Assembly: GCA_965240325.2 (NCBI GenBank)
Contig: OZ251238.1
Coordinates: forward strand, 682,001 to 746,000
Source of the DNA: Rebecca billardiae RCC1528
Taxonomy: Eukaryota > Protista > Haptophyta
Direction: 5' to 3'
Length of the DNA stretch: 64,000 nucleotides
Shown here: in pieces, positions 11,429-22,496 of the stretch
Layout of the letters: the number at the start of each line of letters is the position of its first letter
Position numbering within the stretch: position 1 is the first letter of the stretch
Made by a program: the position numbers and the translations under genes
The notes under the pieces: generated by a model
Told to the model about the DNA's origin: nothing
What the model saw: only the letters and a program-made list of their open reading frames with translations
Databases searched by the model: none

Positions 11429-12405
11429 TCACAGCTGCACGAACGCGGCGGCGAGTGAGCTGCGCCCCTCGCGCCGCACGAGCAGCGCCTCGATCAGCCT
11501 CGGGCCGTCCGCGCCGGCGGCGAACGAGGCGCGGAGCGCATCGGCCAGCGCCTCGACGGTGCTGACGCGCTCGGCCTGCACGCCGCAGCCCTGCGCTAGG
11601 TGCAGCTGCACGCGCGCAGGGGGCGGGGCGCGCGGGGTGCACCGTGAGCGCGCGCTCGACAGCTGCCGCGCCCTTCGCTGCGTCCGCGGCAAACCCCGTG
11701 GGCTCGCACGGCGGGCGGGGGCACTGCCCCGGCGGCTGGCACGTACCCAGTCCAGCGGCGGGTGGGAGAGCGACATCAGACCGTCCACCCGCCGCGCCTG
11801 CTCCGCCACGTCCGCGCGCGCGCTCGGCTCGGCCGCGCGCGCGTGCGCCGGACTCTGCATCCGCATCTCCAGCTGCAGGATGTTGTACGCGTCGTTCGCG
11901 CACACCACGACGGTGAGGTTGTGCAGCTGCGCGCGCGCCATCGTCCACAACGCCTGCGCGTCGGGCGGGGGCGCGCGGGGGCTCGGCTGCGGCCGGCCGA
12001 CACGCGGCTGTGCCGAGCGGGCGCGCGGGGCGGGAAGCCGGACTACGGACCGACACAGCGACACGCGCGAGGCTGTCTGTCCCCACTGGGGGCGGCCCAA
12101 AGCTCGGCGCGGCGCATCGCTCGCGCGCACCTGCACCGAGTACATCCCCGAGCCGTCCGCCTGCAGGGCGAGCACGTGGCGCTCGGGGCAGGCGACGGCC
12201 GCGCCGAGCGCCATCGGCAGCCCGCTGCCGATCGCACCGCCGGTGAGCGCAAGGTGCGAAAACGCATGCGCGCAGCCCTCCGACTCGGCCCAGTACTGCG
12301 TGCCCGAGGTGAGCGACTCGTCCACGACGATGGCGCCCGCCGGCTGCAGCGCGGCGACCGTTGCGCACAGCTTGGCCGCGCTCAGCGGCCCGCCTGCCGG
12401 CACCA

Positions 12406-12441
<36 letters not shown>

Positions 12442-14295
12442 TCGTCACGCCGCGCGCGGCGCGCAGCGCGGCCGCGAGCGCGCGCAGGACACCGCTGAGG
12501 TCTGCCTCGTCCAGCTGTGTGACAAGGGGCGGCGGGCGAGCCGTGCCCGCGCCGTCCTGCGACGCGCCCGCCGGCACCAGCTCGCTCGGTCCGTCCTTGT
12601 ACCCGAACTGCGCGACGGGCGCGCGCGTGCCGCACAGCACGAGCGCGCCGAAGCCGCGCAGGTAGCGCTCAGCCTGCGCGGGGAAATACGGCAGACGCTG
12701 CAAGCGCGCGTGCGCGCCGCCGCGCTCGACCCGCGAGAAGCTGCTGACCACCGCGACCTCACTGCCGCGGCCGGCGGCGGCGGCGGCCGGCGGCACGGCC
12801 TCGCGAGACGGCGCCGCGGCCGGGGCATTCAGGACGTCGCGCACGGCGGCGGCGGCTGCGACGATGTCCGCGTCCGCGCACGCAGTCCCACCGAGCAGCA
12901 GCAGCACACGCCCTGGCCCTGGCCCGGAGCGCGCCGCCTCGGGCTGCTGCGCGGCCGCGCCGCCGAGCACGCCGTCCTCGGCGGGCACGCCGTCGACGAG
13001 ACGCGCCAGCGCAGCCGCCACGCGCTCAACCCGCTCCGCGCTCGGCGAGTGGCCGCACCCCTGCGCCGCCTCCGCCGCGCAGCTCGATTCAAACGAGAGA
13101 GTGATCGGGTCGGCGGCCGCGACGCCGGCCCCCGTGCTGTCGTCGTCGCCAGGCCCGCCCGCCTCGAGCCCTGCGTCAGCGCCGCGCGCCCCCGCGAGCA
13201 GCGCGCGGACGACGCGCGCGGGCACGCCGCCGGCGCTCGTGCGCGCGCGCCCGAGCATGCCGTCCAACTGCCCGGACACGCTCTGGGCGAGGGCCGCAGG
13301 AGCCGAGCGCGCGCCGAGGGGAGCGGAAGACTCGGCGCCGCCGTCGCGCTCCGCGCCGCAGGCTGGCGCGCGCGGGCTTGGCGGCGGGCTGCGCAGGCAC
13401 GGCGCGAGGGCGCCCGCGGGGCACGCCTCCCACGAGAGGTCGTGCGCGAGCACGAGCGCGGCGACGCGGCCTGTGCCGAGCGGGCCGGCGGGCGTGTCGT
13501 TGGCGGCGGTGAGCACCGGTGGCCAGAGCGTGTGCGCGAGCGCGGCGCACGCCTCCGCCGCCACCTCCGACGGCGCGCGCGGCGTGCGCACCGCTCCGGC
13601 CTCGCACACCTACGCGACGGCGCGGCATGCGCACGCACGCGTGCGAGCGCGTGAGCGCACGCGGGGCGCACGCCCGCGCTGCTCGGCGTCCTCCCGAGAG
13701 AGTGCGAGGTGCGGTGCGTCGAACACGCGCCGCGCTTCGGGGGCGCGGGGTCGGGCGCACGGCGGGCGCGCGGGCGCACCGTCGCGGCGAGGCCCGCGAT
13801 GTCCGAGCACAGCGGCGCGTCCGACGCCTGGTGCCAGGTGGCCATGTCCCCGACGAGTACGAGGACGGGCGTGCACGCGCGCTTCGCGTTGTGAAGGTTT
13901 GCCAGGCCATTCGCGAGGCCCGGGCCGAGGTGGAGGAGGACGAGGGCGGGGCGGCCGGTCATCCGCGCGTACCCGTCCGCCGCGCCCGTCGCGACGTTCT
14001 CGTGCAGGCACAGGATCGGCCGGATCGACGGCGTCGCCTTGAGTGCGTCGACAATGTGCATCTCCGTCGTGCCTGCGCGCGTCAGCGCCAGGGACGTGTC
14101 GGCGGCGACGCGCGCGCACACGCGCGGACGCGGAGATGCGCGGTGCTGGGCGCGAGGGGCTGGATGCAGGGAGCGGGCGGGAGTGCGCGCGAGCTCAAGC
14201 GCGCGCGCACCTGGGTTGGCGAAGCACACGCGCACCCCCGCGTGCGCGCATATCCGGAGCACCACCTCAGCGCCGGCCGGCGCCGCGTCCGCCAT
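11429..14295 (-). CDS. ThDP-dependent enzyme, bacterial acetolactate synthase large subunit-like (introns 14073-14210, 13610-13779, 11954-12130, 11606-11746)
   Basis: Spliced product: CFANPG/TTEMH, LHENVATGAADGYARM, LHLGPGLANGLANLHNA, LTGGAIGSGLP, QADGSGMYSVQ/ALWT, CANDAYNIL; all four introns GT-AG and frame-consistent. Confidence 0.85.
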
Positions 14296-14414
14296 ATTGT
14301 CGTCGCCGCGCGAAAGGCGAAAGACGAGTGGTCCGGGTGCTTGAACGTTCCGGACCCTTGCTTCCCTGCCGCCGCCGCGCCCGTCCACTCGTAGACGAGC
14401 GTGCTCACCCCGCG

Positions 14415-15128
14415 ATGCGCGGCCGCCTGGTGCGCGGCTTTGGCCGACCATGTATCGCCATGCTATCCGGGCAGTCTGGTCGCACCTCGCCGTCCCTCTC
14501 GGGCATGCGCGTGGCGCCCGCCGAGACGCAGAGCACCTACGACGAATGGGCTGGCGCCTACGAGACGGACGTGCGCTCGTGGGGGTACGATGCGCCCGAG
14601 TTCGTCGCGCGCATGCTGAGCGCGCACGCCTGGCGGCTCGGCATGCCCGCGGATGACGTGCGCGTGCTCGACGCCGGGGCGGGCAGCGGCCTCCTCGGGC
14701 GCGCGCTCGCGGAGGTCAACTTTTCAAAACACATCACGGCCACCGACCTTTCCGCCGAGATCCTCCGGTTGGCCGAGGGCACGTGCGTGTACGAGCGCAC
14801 CGAGGTGGCCGATCTGAACGAAGGGCTCACAGCCTTTGCTGCGGGCGAGTTCGACGCGGTCGGCTGCGTCGGCGTGCTCACGTACCTCGACCCCGGGCGC
14901 ACACCGTGCGCGCTGGACGAGCTCGTGCGCGTGACGCGCGCCGGCGGGCTCATTGCGTACACCGGCCGCACGGATCGGCTGCACGAGTGGGCGCCGGTGG
15001 AGAGCCGGCTGAGCGACGCGCGCGCGTGGGAGGTACTCGAAGTGTCGCCGCCGCTCGCGTACCTGCCCGGGCACGCGGAGTATGCGGACAAGATCCAGTG
15101 CGTGGTGACCGTGTGCCAAGTCCTATGA
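14415..15128 (+). CDS. Class I SAM-dependent methyltransferase (METTL27-like); start could be 14505
   Basis: YDEWA..YE.D...WGY, motif I VLDAGAGSGLLG, DLS, FDAVGCVGVLTY, ELVRVTRAGG. Confidence 0.85.
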   Translation: MRGRLVRGFGRPCIAMLSGQSGRTSPSLSGMRVAPAETQSTYDEWAGAYETDVRSWGYDAPEFVARMLSAHAWRLGMPADDVRVLDAGAGSGLLGRALAEVNFSKHITATDLSAEILRLAEGTCVYERTEVADLNEGLTAFAAGEFDAVGCVGVLTYLDPGRTPCALDELVRVTRAGGLIAYTGRTDRLHEWAPVESRLSDARAWEVLEVSPPLAYLPGHAEYADKIQCVVTVCQVL

Positions 15129-15476
15129 GTCTGTTAGCGGGGTCTGAGCCGTGCCATTGCCAAGCCTCACGCCCTCAGCCACCCTTTAGAGAGCTCGTCG
15201 ACGTCGCTGCTGCAAGTGCTCGTCCGGCACCACGCCCACGAAAAATTTGACGATGAGCGAACTTGACGCGTTCATCAAGGAAAGCGTGCGCGCTGCCTTG
15301 AATTCACAGGCCTGCGCCCGCGGCCGCGGAGCCGTCACGCTGCAGCAGCCGGAACTCGGCGGTGACTGAGGCCTGAGCGTCGCTCGCTGCGTATATATAT
15401 AATAATATACTACTATATATATGTGTATAATCCACTTCGTTAATATAATACGGATGGTCTACACAAATATATTCAT

Positions 15477-15480
15477 AGTA

Positions 15481-15511
<31 letters not shown>

Positions 15512-15516
15512 CATAT
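15477..15516. repeat. (TA)n microsatellite in an AT-rich patch
   Basis: Direct reading. Confidence 0.9.
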
Positions 15517-16203
15517 GCACACCATCTGAGCTGCTAGCAGGCTCGGCTCAGGCGCTCCGAGCCGTGCCACTGCATTCAGCCGGTCGACAAGCAGTCAAGC
15601 TACCAGCTATAAGATTTGGTGAGACGCATGCAGTGCTCTGTGCTGAATGGCCTGCAACTTGACCCCTCCGTTTAGCTGGGCTACGAACAAATATTCTGGA
15701 TGTCTTGAGAATTCTCATCGCGCGTTCTATTATTGTAAAGATTGGCGCTGCACGTGATACAGCAGCAGCGGATAATACGTACAAGTCATGCAATTCGAGA
15801 TATATCCATCATTGATTACGACCGGTGCGCACACTTATCTCTCTGAGCTAGTACATAGTGCAAACGCTGTTGCGACCCGTCCTGCGTCCATATACTCGTA
15901 CAGGAGTACTTATTACTGTGTGCACGTTAAAACATAGTAAACTGTATACTCCTGTTCATCCAATATCTGTTTCAGACTCATAGCCTATTCCCGAGCTGAC
16001 GGTTGTAATCTCGTCGATTACGAGAGCACGAGTGCGTGTCGAGTACTGAGTAGCTACTGTGTGTAGTCTTGGATATGGCGTCAATCAGTAATCACGCGCC
16101 TTATAACCAAGTGTGCACGTTATAAATCATCGTAAATATAACTACTGTATACTTCCGACGTACTGATATCTAGACGATATATGTACATCAAGTATAAGCT
16201 CGC

Positions 16204-16205
<2 letters not shown>

Positions 16206-16276
<71 letters not shown>
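16206..16276. repeat. (TA)n microsatellite, about 35 units
   Basis: Direct reading. Confidence 0.95.
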
Positions 16277-16279
<3 letters not shown>

Positions 16280-16949
16280 GTTACTGTTACGGCCTAGCCA
16301 AGCTGTATCTGTGCCGCAGTGCGCCGCCGGACCCGTAGCACTACGACTTGCTGTTGCGTACGAATCCAAACGATGTGGGAAGCCTGCCTCATTCGTGACA
16401 TGTCTACCCCGCCGACGCTCATCGCAAGGTGTGTGCGGCAGCTCGAGGCGCTCTTCCAACGCGATGCCAGCGACGTGCACGCAGCCATCTGGTGCGGACA
16501 CGCTCTACCCACGCCGCCCTGCGCCGGTACCTGCTGCAGCAGTGCATGCGGTTCCATCTGGCGCCTTCACCGAGGATGTCGTCTGCTCATCATCGACGAC
16601 GCATCATCGACTCGCTGCGCACCTGACTAACTGGTCCTGCCAGCCGCACCTTAGTAGCTGATCCTCAGTCGTGCTCTCTTGCGGGCTTGTCAGTGACGAC
16701 GACTGTCGGTACGTCGTCGTAGTCGTAACGTATAGTACGACGACGGGTACTGCTACGTACTCAGATGAAAAACTGTGCCCTGGCGGGCGGGGGTGTCGGC
16801 GGGCCGTGCCAGTGCTCACAGTGCTGTCGCAATGTTTCCTCTGCGGCGGGTTCGCGTCTTTTCACATTCGCTCGTGGCCGTGGGTGACGGACAGTCGGAC
16901 CAGTGACACCTGAAGTTCTCACCAGGCGAGTGTACACGTCCGTGCGCTA

Positions 16950-17560
16950 ATCAGCGAGGCCCACACCCACGAGGAAATGTGCAGCACGCGGGGCGGGGCG
17001 GGTTGCCCGTTGCTCCGCGCGAGCGCGGGTACGCGGTGTATGTGCCGCCTGCCAGCCGAGAGCGGTCGTCGCGAGGATGCTTGCCGATGTCCGCTCCGGG
17101 CATGATGGGCTCGGCGCAGGTCGCGTTGACATCGTACACGGCCGCCAGGCTGAGTACGAGCGCGTTGACGTTCACGCGGTCGTCGCTCTTCGCCTCTTTG
17201 ACAGGTCTGGCGCCCGCGTGTTTGGCGGCACGAGGAGCTGTTGGTTGTGCGCGCGCGCGCACAGCGACAGCGTGTGCCACTCGCGATCGAGAGTGGGCAC
17301 GAGCTGCTCGAGCAAACACACGAATCGCAGCGCATCCGTCACCGACGTCCCTCGTCCCGCAGCGCCTGCGCCATGCTCGACGTTTCATCTCTCTGCGGAT
17401 GGCATCACGGGCTTGTCTGCGTCGCGCTGCGGCGAGGGTCGCCAACTCGCGAAGACACGGTTGCTGCCACGGCGACAGACCCGGGAGGTGCGTCCGCTGC
17501 GCGTCGTACGCCGTTGGCGCTGCGTTTCCGTCGCATTGGTCACCGTCGACGCCATGCAGG
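16950..17560 (-). pseudogene. Frameshifted gene relic, unknown family
   Basis: Protein-like segments in different frames: LPGLSPWQQPCLRELATL / MAQALRDEG / VTDALRFVCLLEQLVPTLDREWHTLSLC / VNVNALVLSLAAVYDVNA. Confidence 0.35.
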
Positions 17561-18261
17561 CCGGACGTGGGCTTCGGCTGAGGGACCGCGAGCGAAGCAG
17601 AGTCCGGCGCGCGGATTCCGGCGATCGAGTTCCCCGGAAGGCCGCGCCAAATCTTGCGTCGCGTGCGATGGCGCTCCCGCCCGCGAGACACCTCGTCATG
17701 AGGGCCTTTCCGCACCGAGCCCGACGCGCGGCGGTGGATCGCGCGAGGCGGCTGTCGTGCGCAGCGCTTGATGCTATGACCAGTGCGAGCGCTCGACGTG
17801 CAAGTCGGGCGAGGACCGCCCCAGGTCGCACGATCGTGTCGACGCGCCGAGCGTACCTCCAAACGCGTCGACTTTGGCCCCCGTTCGACCTGCACGCGAG
17901 ACGACGAGGGCAGCAATCGCGAATCGGGCGAAAATGTCCCTCGGGAGTCCTCGCGCGATGTCCGCGCCGGCGTTGGATCTGGCGCGCGCCGCCCACGCGC
18001 TCCGCGCCGTGACGCACTCGCTTTTCGGCCGAGCGTCCCCAGTGGGAGCTGCGAGGGCGCCCGGTAGTGAGCGAGGCGATTTCTTTTCTTGGCGAGGCGA
18101 TTTTCTTTTCCGCGCCACCATTTCTTTCGGTTTTCCTACCGGGTTTACGGCCCGCCCGGGCCGCCCCATTCCGGGAAGGATACGAATTATTCGCGTTATC
18201 GAGTGATCGAGTCGCGCGGGGCTCGAGCTCGTCTTTTCCACCCGCGCCCACCCGGGCTACG

Positions 18262-20495
18262 CCGCCGGGCGACGCGCGCGCCAGCCGGTGCGCTGCGCAC
18301 ACGCTGGCCGGCATGATCGATGTGAGGAGCCGCATGTGTGATCACGCGGGCTGCACCACGCATGCTTCGTTCGGCATGGCGGGCGGCGCGTGCGCCAGCC
18401 GCTGCGCTACGCACAAGCTGGCCGGCATGGTCAACCTGAAGCACCGTAAGTGCGATCATGCGGGTTGCACCAAGGCGCCTTCATTCGGCATGCCGGGCGA
18501 GAAGCGCGCCAGCCGGTGCGCCACGCACAAGCTGGCCGGCATGGTCGACGTGGTGAACCGCAAGTGTGACCACGCGGACTGCACCAAGGCGCCTTCGTTC
18601 GGCATGCCGGGCGACTCGCGCGCCAGCCGGTGCGCCACTCACAAGCTGGCCGGCATGGTGAACGTGGTGAGCCCCAACTGTGATCACGCGGACTGCACCA
18701 AGTGGCCTTTGTTCGGCATGCCGGGCGACGCGCGCGCCAGCCGGTGCGCCACGCACAAGCTGGCCGGCATGGTCGACTTGAAGAACCGCAAGTGCGATCA
18801 TGCGGGTTGCACCAAGCATCCTTCTTACGGCATGCCGGGCGAGAAGCGCGCCAGCCGGTGCGCCACTCACAAGCTGGCCGGCATGGTGAACGTTAGGAGC
18901 CCCAACTGTGATCACGCGGACTGCACCAAGCAGCCTGCGTTCGGCATGCCGGGCGACTCGCGCGCCAGCCGGTGCGCCACTCACAAGCTGGCCGGCATGG
19001 TGAACGTGGTGAGCCCCAAGTGTGATCACGCGGACTGCACCAAGGGGCCTTCGTTCGGCATGCCGGGCGACTCGCGCGCCAGCCGGTGCGCCACTCACAA
19101 GCTGGCCGGCATGGTCGACGTGAGGAGCCCCAAGTGTGATCACGCGGACTGCACCAAGGGGCCTTCGTTCGGCATGCCGGGCGACGCGCGCGCCAGCCGA
19201 TGCGCCATGCACAAGCTGGCAGGCATGGTCGGCATGAGGGGCTCCAACTGTGATCACGCGGACTGCACCAAGGGGCCTTCGTACGGCATGCCGGGCGACT
19301 CGCGCGCCAGCCGGTGCGCCACTCACAAGCTGGCCGGCATGGTGAACGTGGTGAGCCCCAAGTGTGATCACGCGGACTGCACCAAGGGGCCTTCGTACGG
19401 CATGCCGGGCGACGCGCGCGCCAGCCGCTGCGCTACGCACAAGCTGGCAGGCATGGTCAACGTGGTGAGCCCCCAGTGCGATCACGCTGGCTGCACCAAG
19501 GGGCCTTCGTTTGGCATGCCGGGCGAGAAGCGCGCCAGCCGGTGCGCCACGCACAAGCTGGCCGGCATGGTCGACGTGGTGAGCCGCAAGTGTGATCACG
19601 CGGACTGCACCAAGGCGCCTTCGTTCGGCATGCCGGGCAACTCGCGCCCCAGCCGGTGCGCTACGCACAAGCTGGTCGGCATGGTCGCCATGAATAACCG
19701 CACGTGTGATCACGCTGGCTGCACCGCACGGTCTTACTTTGGCATGCCGGCTGACGAGCGCGCCAGCCGGTGCGCTGAGCACAAGCTGGCCGGCATGGTC
19801 AACGTGAGTAGCCCCAGGTGTGATCACGCGGGCTGCACCACACGGCCTTCGTGCGGCATGCCGGGCGACGCGCGTGCCAGCCGGTGCGCTACGCACAAGC
19901 TGGCCGGCATGATCGACCTGAGGCACCCCAAGTGTGATCACGCAGGCTGCACCAAGGTGCCTTCATTCGGCATGCCGGGCGAGAAGCGCTCCAGCCGGTG
20001 CGCTTCGCACAGGCTGCCCGACATGGTCAACGTGAGGAGCCGGCTGTGTGAGCACGCGGGCTGCACCAAGTGGCCTTCGTTCGGCATGCCGGGCGACTCG
20101 CGCGCCAGCCGGTGCGCCACTCACAAGCTGGCCGGCATGGTGAACGTGGTGAGCCCCAACTGTGATCACGCGGACTGCACCAAGCAGCCTGCGTTCGGCA
20201 TGCCGGGCGACGCGCGCGCCAGCCGGTGCGCCACGCACAAGCTGGCCGGCATGGTAAACGTGGCGAAGCTCACGACGTGTCATCACGATGGTTGCACCAA
20301 GAGGCCTGTGTTCGGCATGGCGGGCGACGCGCGCGGCAGCCGGTGCGCTATGCACAAGCTGGCCGGCATGGTCGACGTGGTGAGCCGCAAGTGTGATCAC
20401 GCCGGCTGCACCAAGGGGCCTGTGTTCGGCATGCCGGGCGAGAAGCGCGCCAGCCGGTGCGCCACGCACAAGCTGGCCGGCATGGTGAACGTGGG
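18262..20495 (+). repeat. 114-bp coding tandem array (19 full units plus a 5' partial unit)
   Basis: Recurrent GCCAGCCGGTGCGCCAC.CACAAGCTGGCCGGCATGGT every 114 bp; one unit is 117 bp. Confidence 0.95.
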
Positions 20496-21183
20496 CAGCG
20501 TCCCCAAGCGCAGGCTGGAGCATGGCACCGAAGGCCAGGGCACGCGCGCCGCGAAGCGATGGCGCACTCACAGCAGCCACATCGCCGCCGTTTCGGACGT
20601 CCCGCAGCTGCTATCGCCACCGCCGCCACTGGTGGCAGTTGGCACGCCACTGGTGGCATTCGGCATCCCACTGGTCGCAGTCAGCACAGTCCGCTGGCGC
20701 TCGCCATATGGCACGATCCATCCGGTTGGCGACGGGGTGGTCAATGGTTATGGTGGTGCCTGGGCCCTGGACGAGCAGCATCTGTGTGGCAATGCAGGTG
20801 ACGCAACTCGGGCTGCGCCTGGCTGGGCTGGCATCTACGACCAGGGACTACCAGCAGGCATCAACACCACCGCTGCGCCAGCACTAGCATTATCATCGAT
20901 GGCGGCTGGAGCAGGTGCAGGATGGCAGCAAACGCCACAGGTCGCGCCTGCGGTGACGGCGAGCAGGGCCCTGGTCGACAATGCTGGCGGCTCAGAAGCG
21001 CGTCACACTCACAGCTCCGGGGTCTTGAGACCGCTGCTCGAGAGATGCAACGGTGCAGGTTACCTCCGAACAGTACCACCACACTGCGACGACACAGGTC
21101 ACGCTGCTGAATCTGACGACGACCATTGGACAGTCATGTCTTTGGATCTGCCGTCGGATGATGATGACGACTCGTATTATTAA
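18313..21183 (+). CDS. EsV-1-7-type Cys/His tandem-repeat protein (19 x 38 aa) with candidate NLS and acidic tail
   Basis: Unit C-x4-C-TKxPSFGMPG-x6-C-x2-HKLAGMV(D/N)V resembles the EsV-1-7 motif; ORF open from 18067, first ATG 18313; no introns needed. Confidence 0.85.
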   Translation: MIDVRSRMCDHAGCTTHASFGMAGGACASRCATHKLAGMVNLKHRKCDHAGCTKAPSFGMPGEKRASRCATHKLAGMVDVVNRKCDHADCTKAPSFGMPGDSRASRCATHKLAGMVNVVSPNCDHADCTKWPLFGMPGDARASRCATHKLAGMVDLKNRKCDHAGCTKHPSYGMPGEKRASRCATHKLAGMVNVRSPNCDHADCTKQPAFGMPGDSRASRCATHKLAGMVNVVSPKCDHADCTKGPSFGMPGDSRASRCATHKLAGMVDVRSPKCDHADCTKGPSFGMPGDARASRCAMHKLAGMVGMRGSNCDHADCTKGPSYGMPGDSRASRCATHKLAGMVNVVSPKCDHADCTKGPSYGMPGDARASRCATHKLAGMVNVVSPQCDHAGCTKGPSFGMPGEKRASRCATHKLAGMVDVVSRKCDHADCTKAPSFGMPGNSRPSRCATHKLVGMVAMNNRTCDHAGCTARSYFGMPADERASRCAEHKLAGMVNVSSPRCDHAGCTTRPSCGMPGDARASRCATHKLAGMIDLRHPKCDHAGCTKVPSFGMPGEKRSSRCASHRLPDMVNVRSRLCEHAGCTKWPSFGMPGDSRASRCATHKLAGMVNVVSPNCDHADCTKQPAFGMPGDARASRCATHKLAGMVNVAKLTTCHHDGCTKRPVFGMAGDARGSRCAMHKLAGMVDVVSRKCDHAGCTKGPVFGMPGEKRASRCATHKLAGMVNVGSVPKRRLEHGTEGQGTRAAKRWRTHSSHIAAVSDVPQLLSPPPPLVAVGTPLVAFGIPLVAVSTVRWRSPYGTIHPVGDGVVNGYGGAWALDEQHLCGNAGDATRAAPGWAGIYDQGLPAGINTTAAPALALSSMAAGAGAGWQQTPQVAPAVTASRALVDNAGGSEARHTHSSGVLRPLLERCNGAGYLRTVPPHCDDTGHAAESDDDHWTVMSLDLPSDDDDDSYY

Positions 21184-21756
21184 TATACCGTTGACGACTA
21201 CGATCGGTCATCATCAGACCCAACGCAGCGGTAGCCTTGATGAGTAATGTCGCGTATATAGTACGGTAGTAGTCCCGTCCGTGCTGGCGAGCAGCCGTGC
21301 TATATATATTATGGCCGCATCGACATCGTCCGGCCGGCGCGGCCGATCGACTATTCGACTGCGCGCTGCTATCATCGAGTAGTTATACAAGCAGCGCTAA
21401 CTGCTAGTCAGATCATCAGCGCGGCAAGCACGTCGCAGCCGCAAGTACCCTGGTGGCACAGTGGGCTGCGACCACTCGGACCTCCACTTGGAGGTATCCC
21501 AACTGTCGATCGACTAACGTCGCCGATCTGGTGACTGCGCCGCAGTGGGCACAACATTATTATTTAAGCTACTACGACATCATATTACATTGGCATTGCT
21601 AATCATGCGGCGAACAAAGATGAAGGAACAAGGACCGCTTGTCATAGAATCCGGTAAATGTAAAATCATCTCATCGTCAGTAAAATGGAATGTGGGCGGT
21701 AATCGGGCGGCTCGACAGATGCTCGTCGCAACCGTGTTACTGCAGACGACTACGAA

Positions 21757-21901
<145 letters not shown>

Positions 21902-21939
21902 TATGTATGTACGTATATATATATGCATGCATCAACAGC

Positions 21940-22410
21940 CCGCCCGCCGCCGGCGGGCCGGGCTGCGACGTCGACTACATGACCTCATCCGCTTCATCGC
22001 CCAGAGCGCACTAGGCGGCGCGCTCACTCTCCAAGCCCCTCTTCTGCAGCTGCGCGCCGCTTGGCCGCCGGCGCCGCGGCGCAGCGTACTAACTACGACC
22101 TCATTCCTCATCCAGGCGCCCACGTGGGCGCACGCAGGGGCGACAGCCGCGCCTACCGCCTGCCGGCGCAGCTGCTCGCAGCTAGGTCGGCGGGCGGCGA
22201 CATCGACTACGACCTCACCCTCATCCAAGTGCTCCGGAAGGCGCTCGGCCGCGGCGGCATCTGCCGTCGTCGCCGCCGCGCGCCCCAGGCCGAGGCGGTG
22301 CTCCATCCCGGCCCCGGCTCCCGTAGGGGGGCAGGGCTGCGGGTGGCGCACTGCCTGACCTGGTCGGAAGACGCGGACGAATTCTATGTAGTGTCCGCTG
22401 CACTCTGAGC
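21940..22410 (+). pseudogene. Degenerate gene fragment with internal YDLxLIQ repeats, copy 2
   Basis: Homologous to 2740-2970 with indels; peptide GGDIDYDLTLIQVLRKALGRGG...HCLTWSEDADEFYVV. Confidence 0.55.
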
Positions 22411-22496
22411 CTGACGCTTGCCCGTTGCATACCACGTCGTTAAATGTACAGTACGACAGAATATATTATACGTAACTATACTATGCTGCTACTTAA

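Noticed and set aside
21448-21530. tRNA or tRNA-derived SINE (A-box-like TGGCACAGTGG, hairpin ACCTCCA-CT-TGGAGGT)
   Set aside because: No proper B-box/T-loop or acceptor stem can be built; single copy in the window
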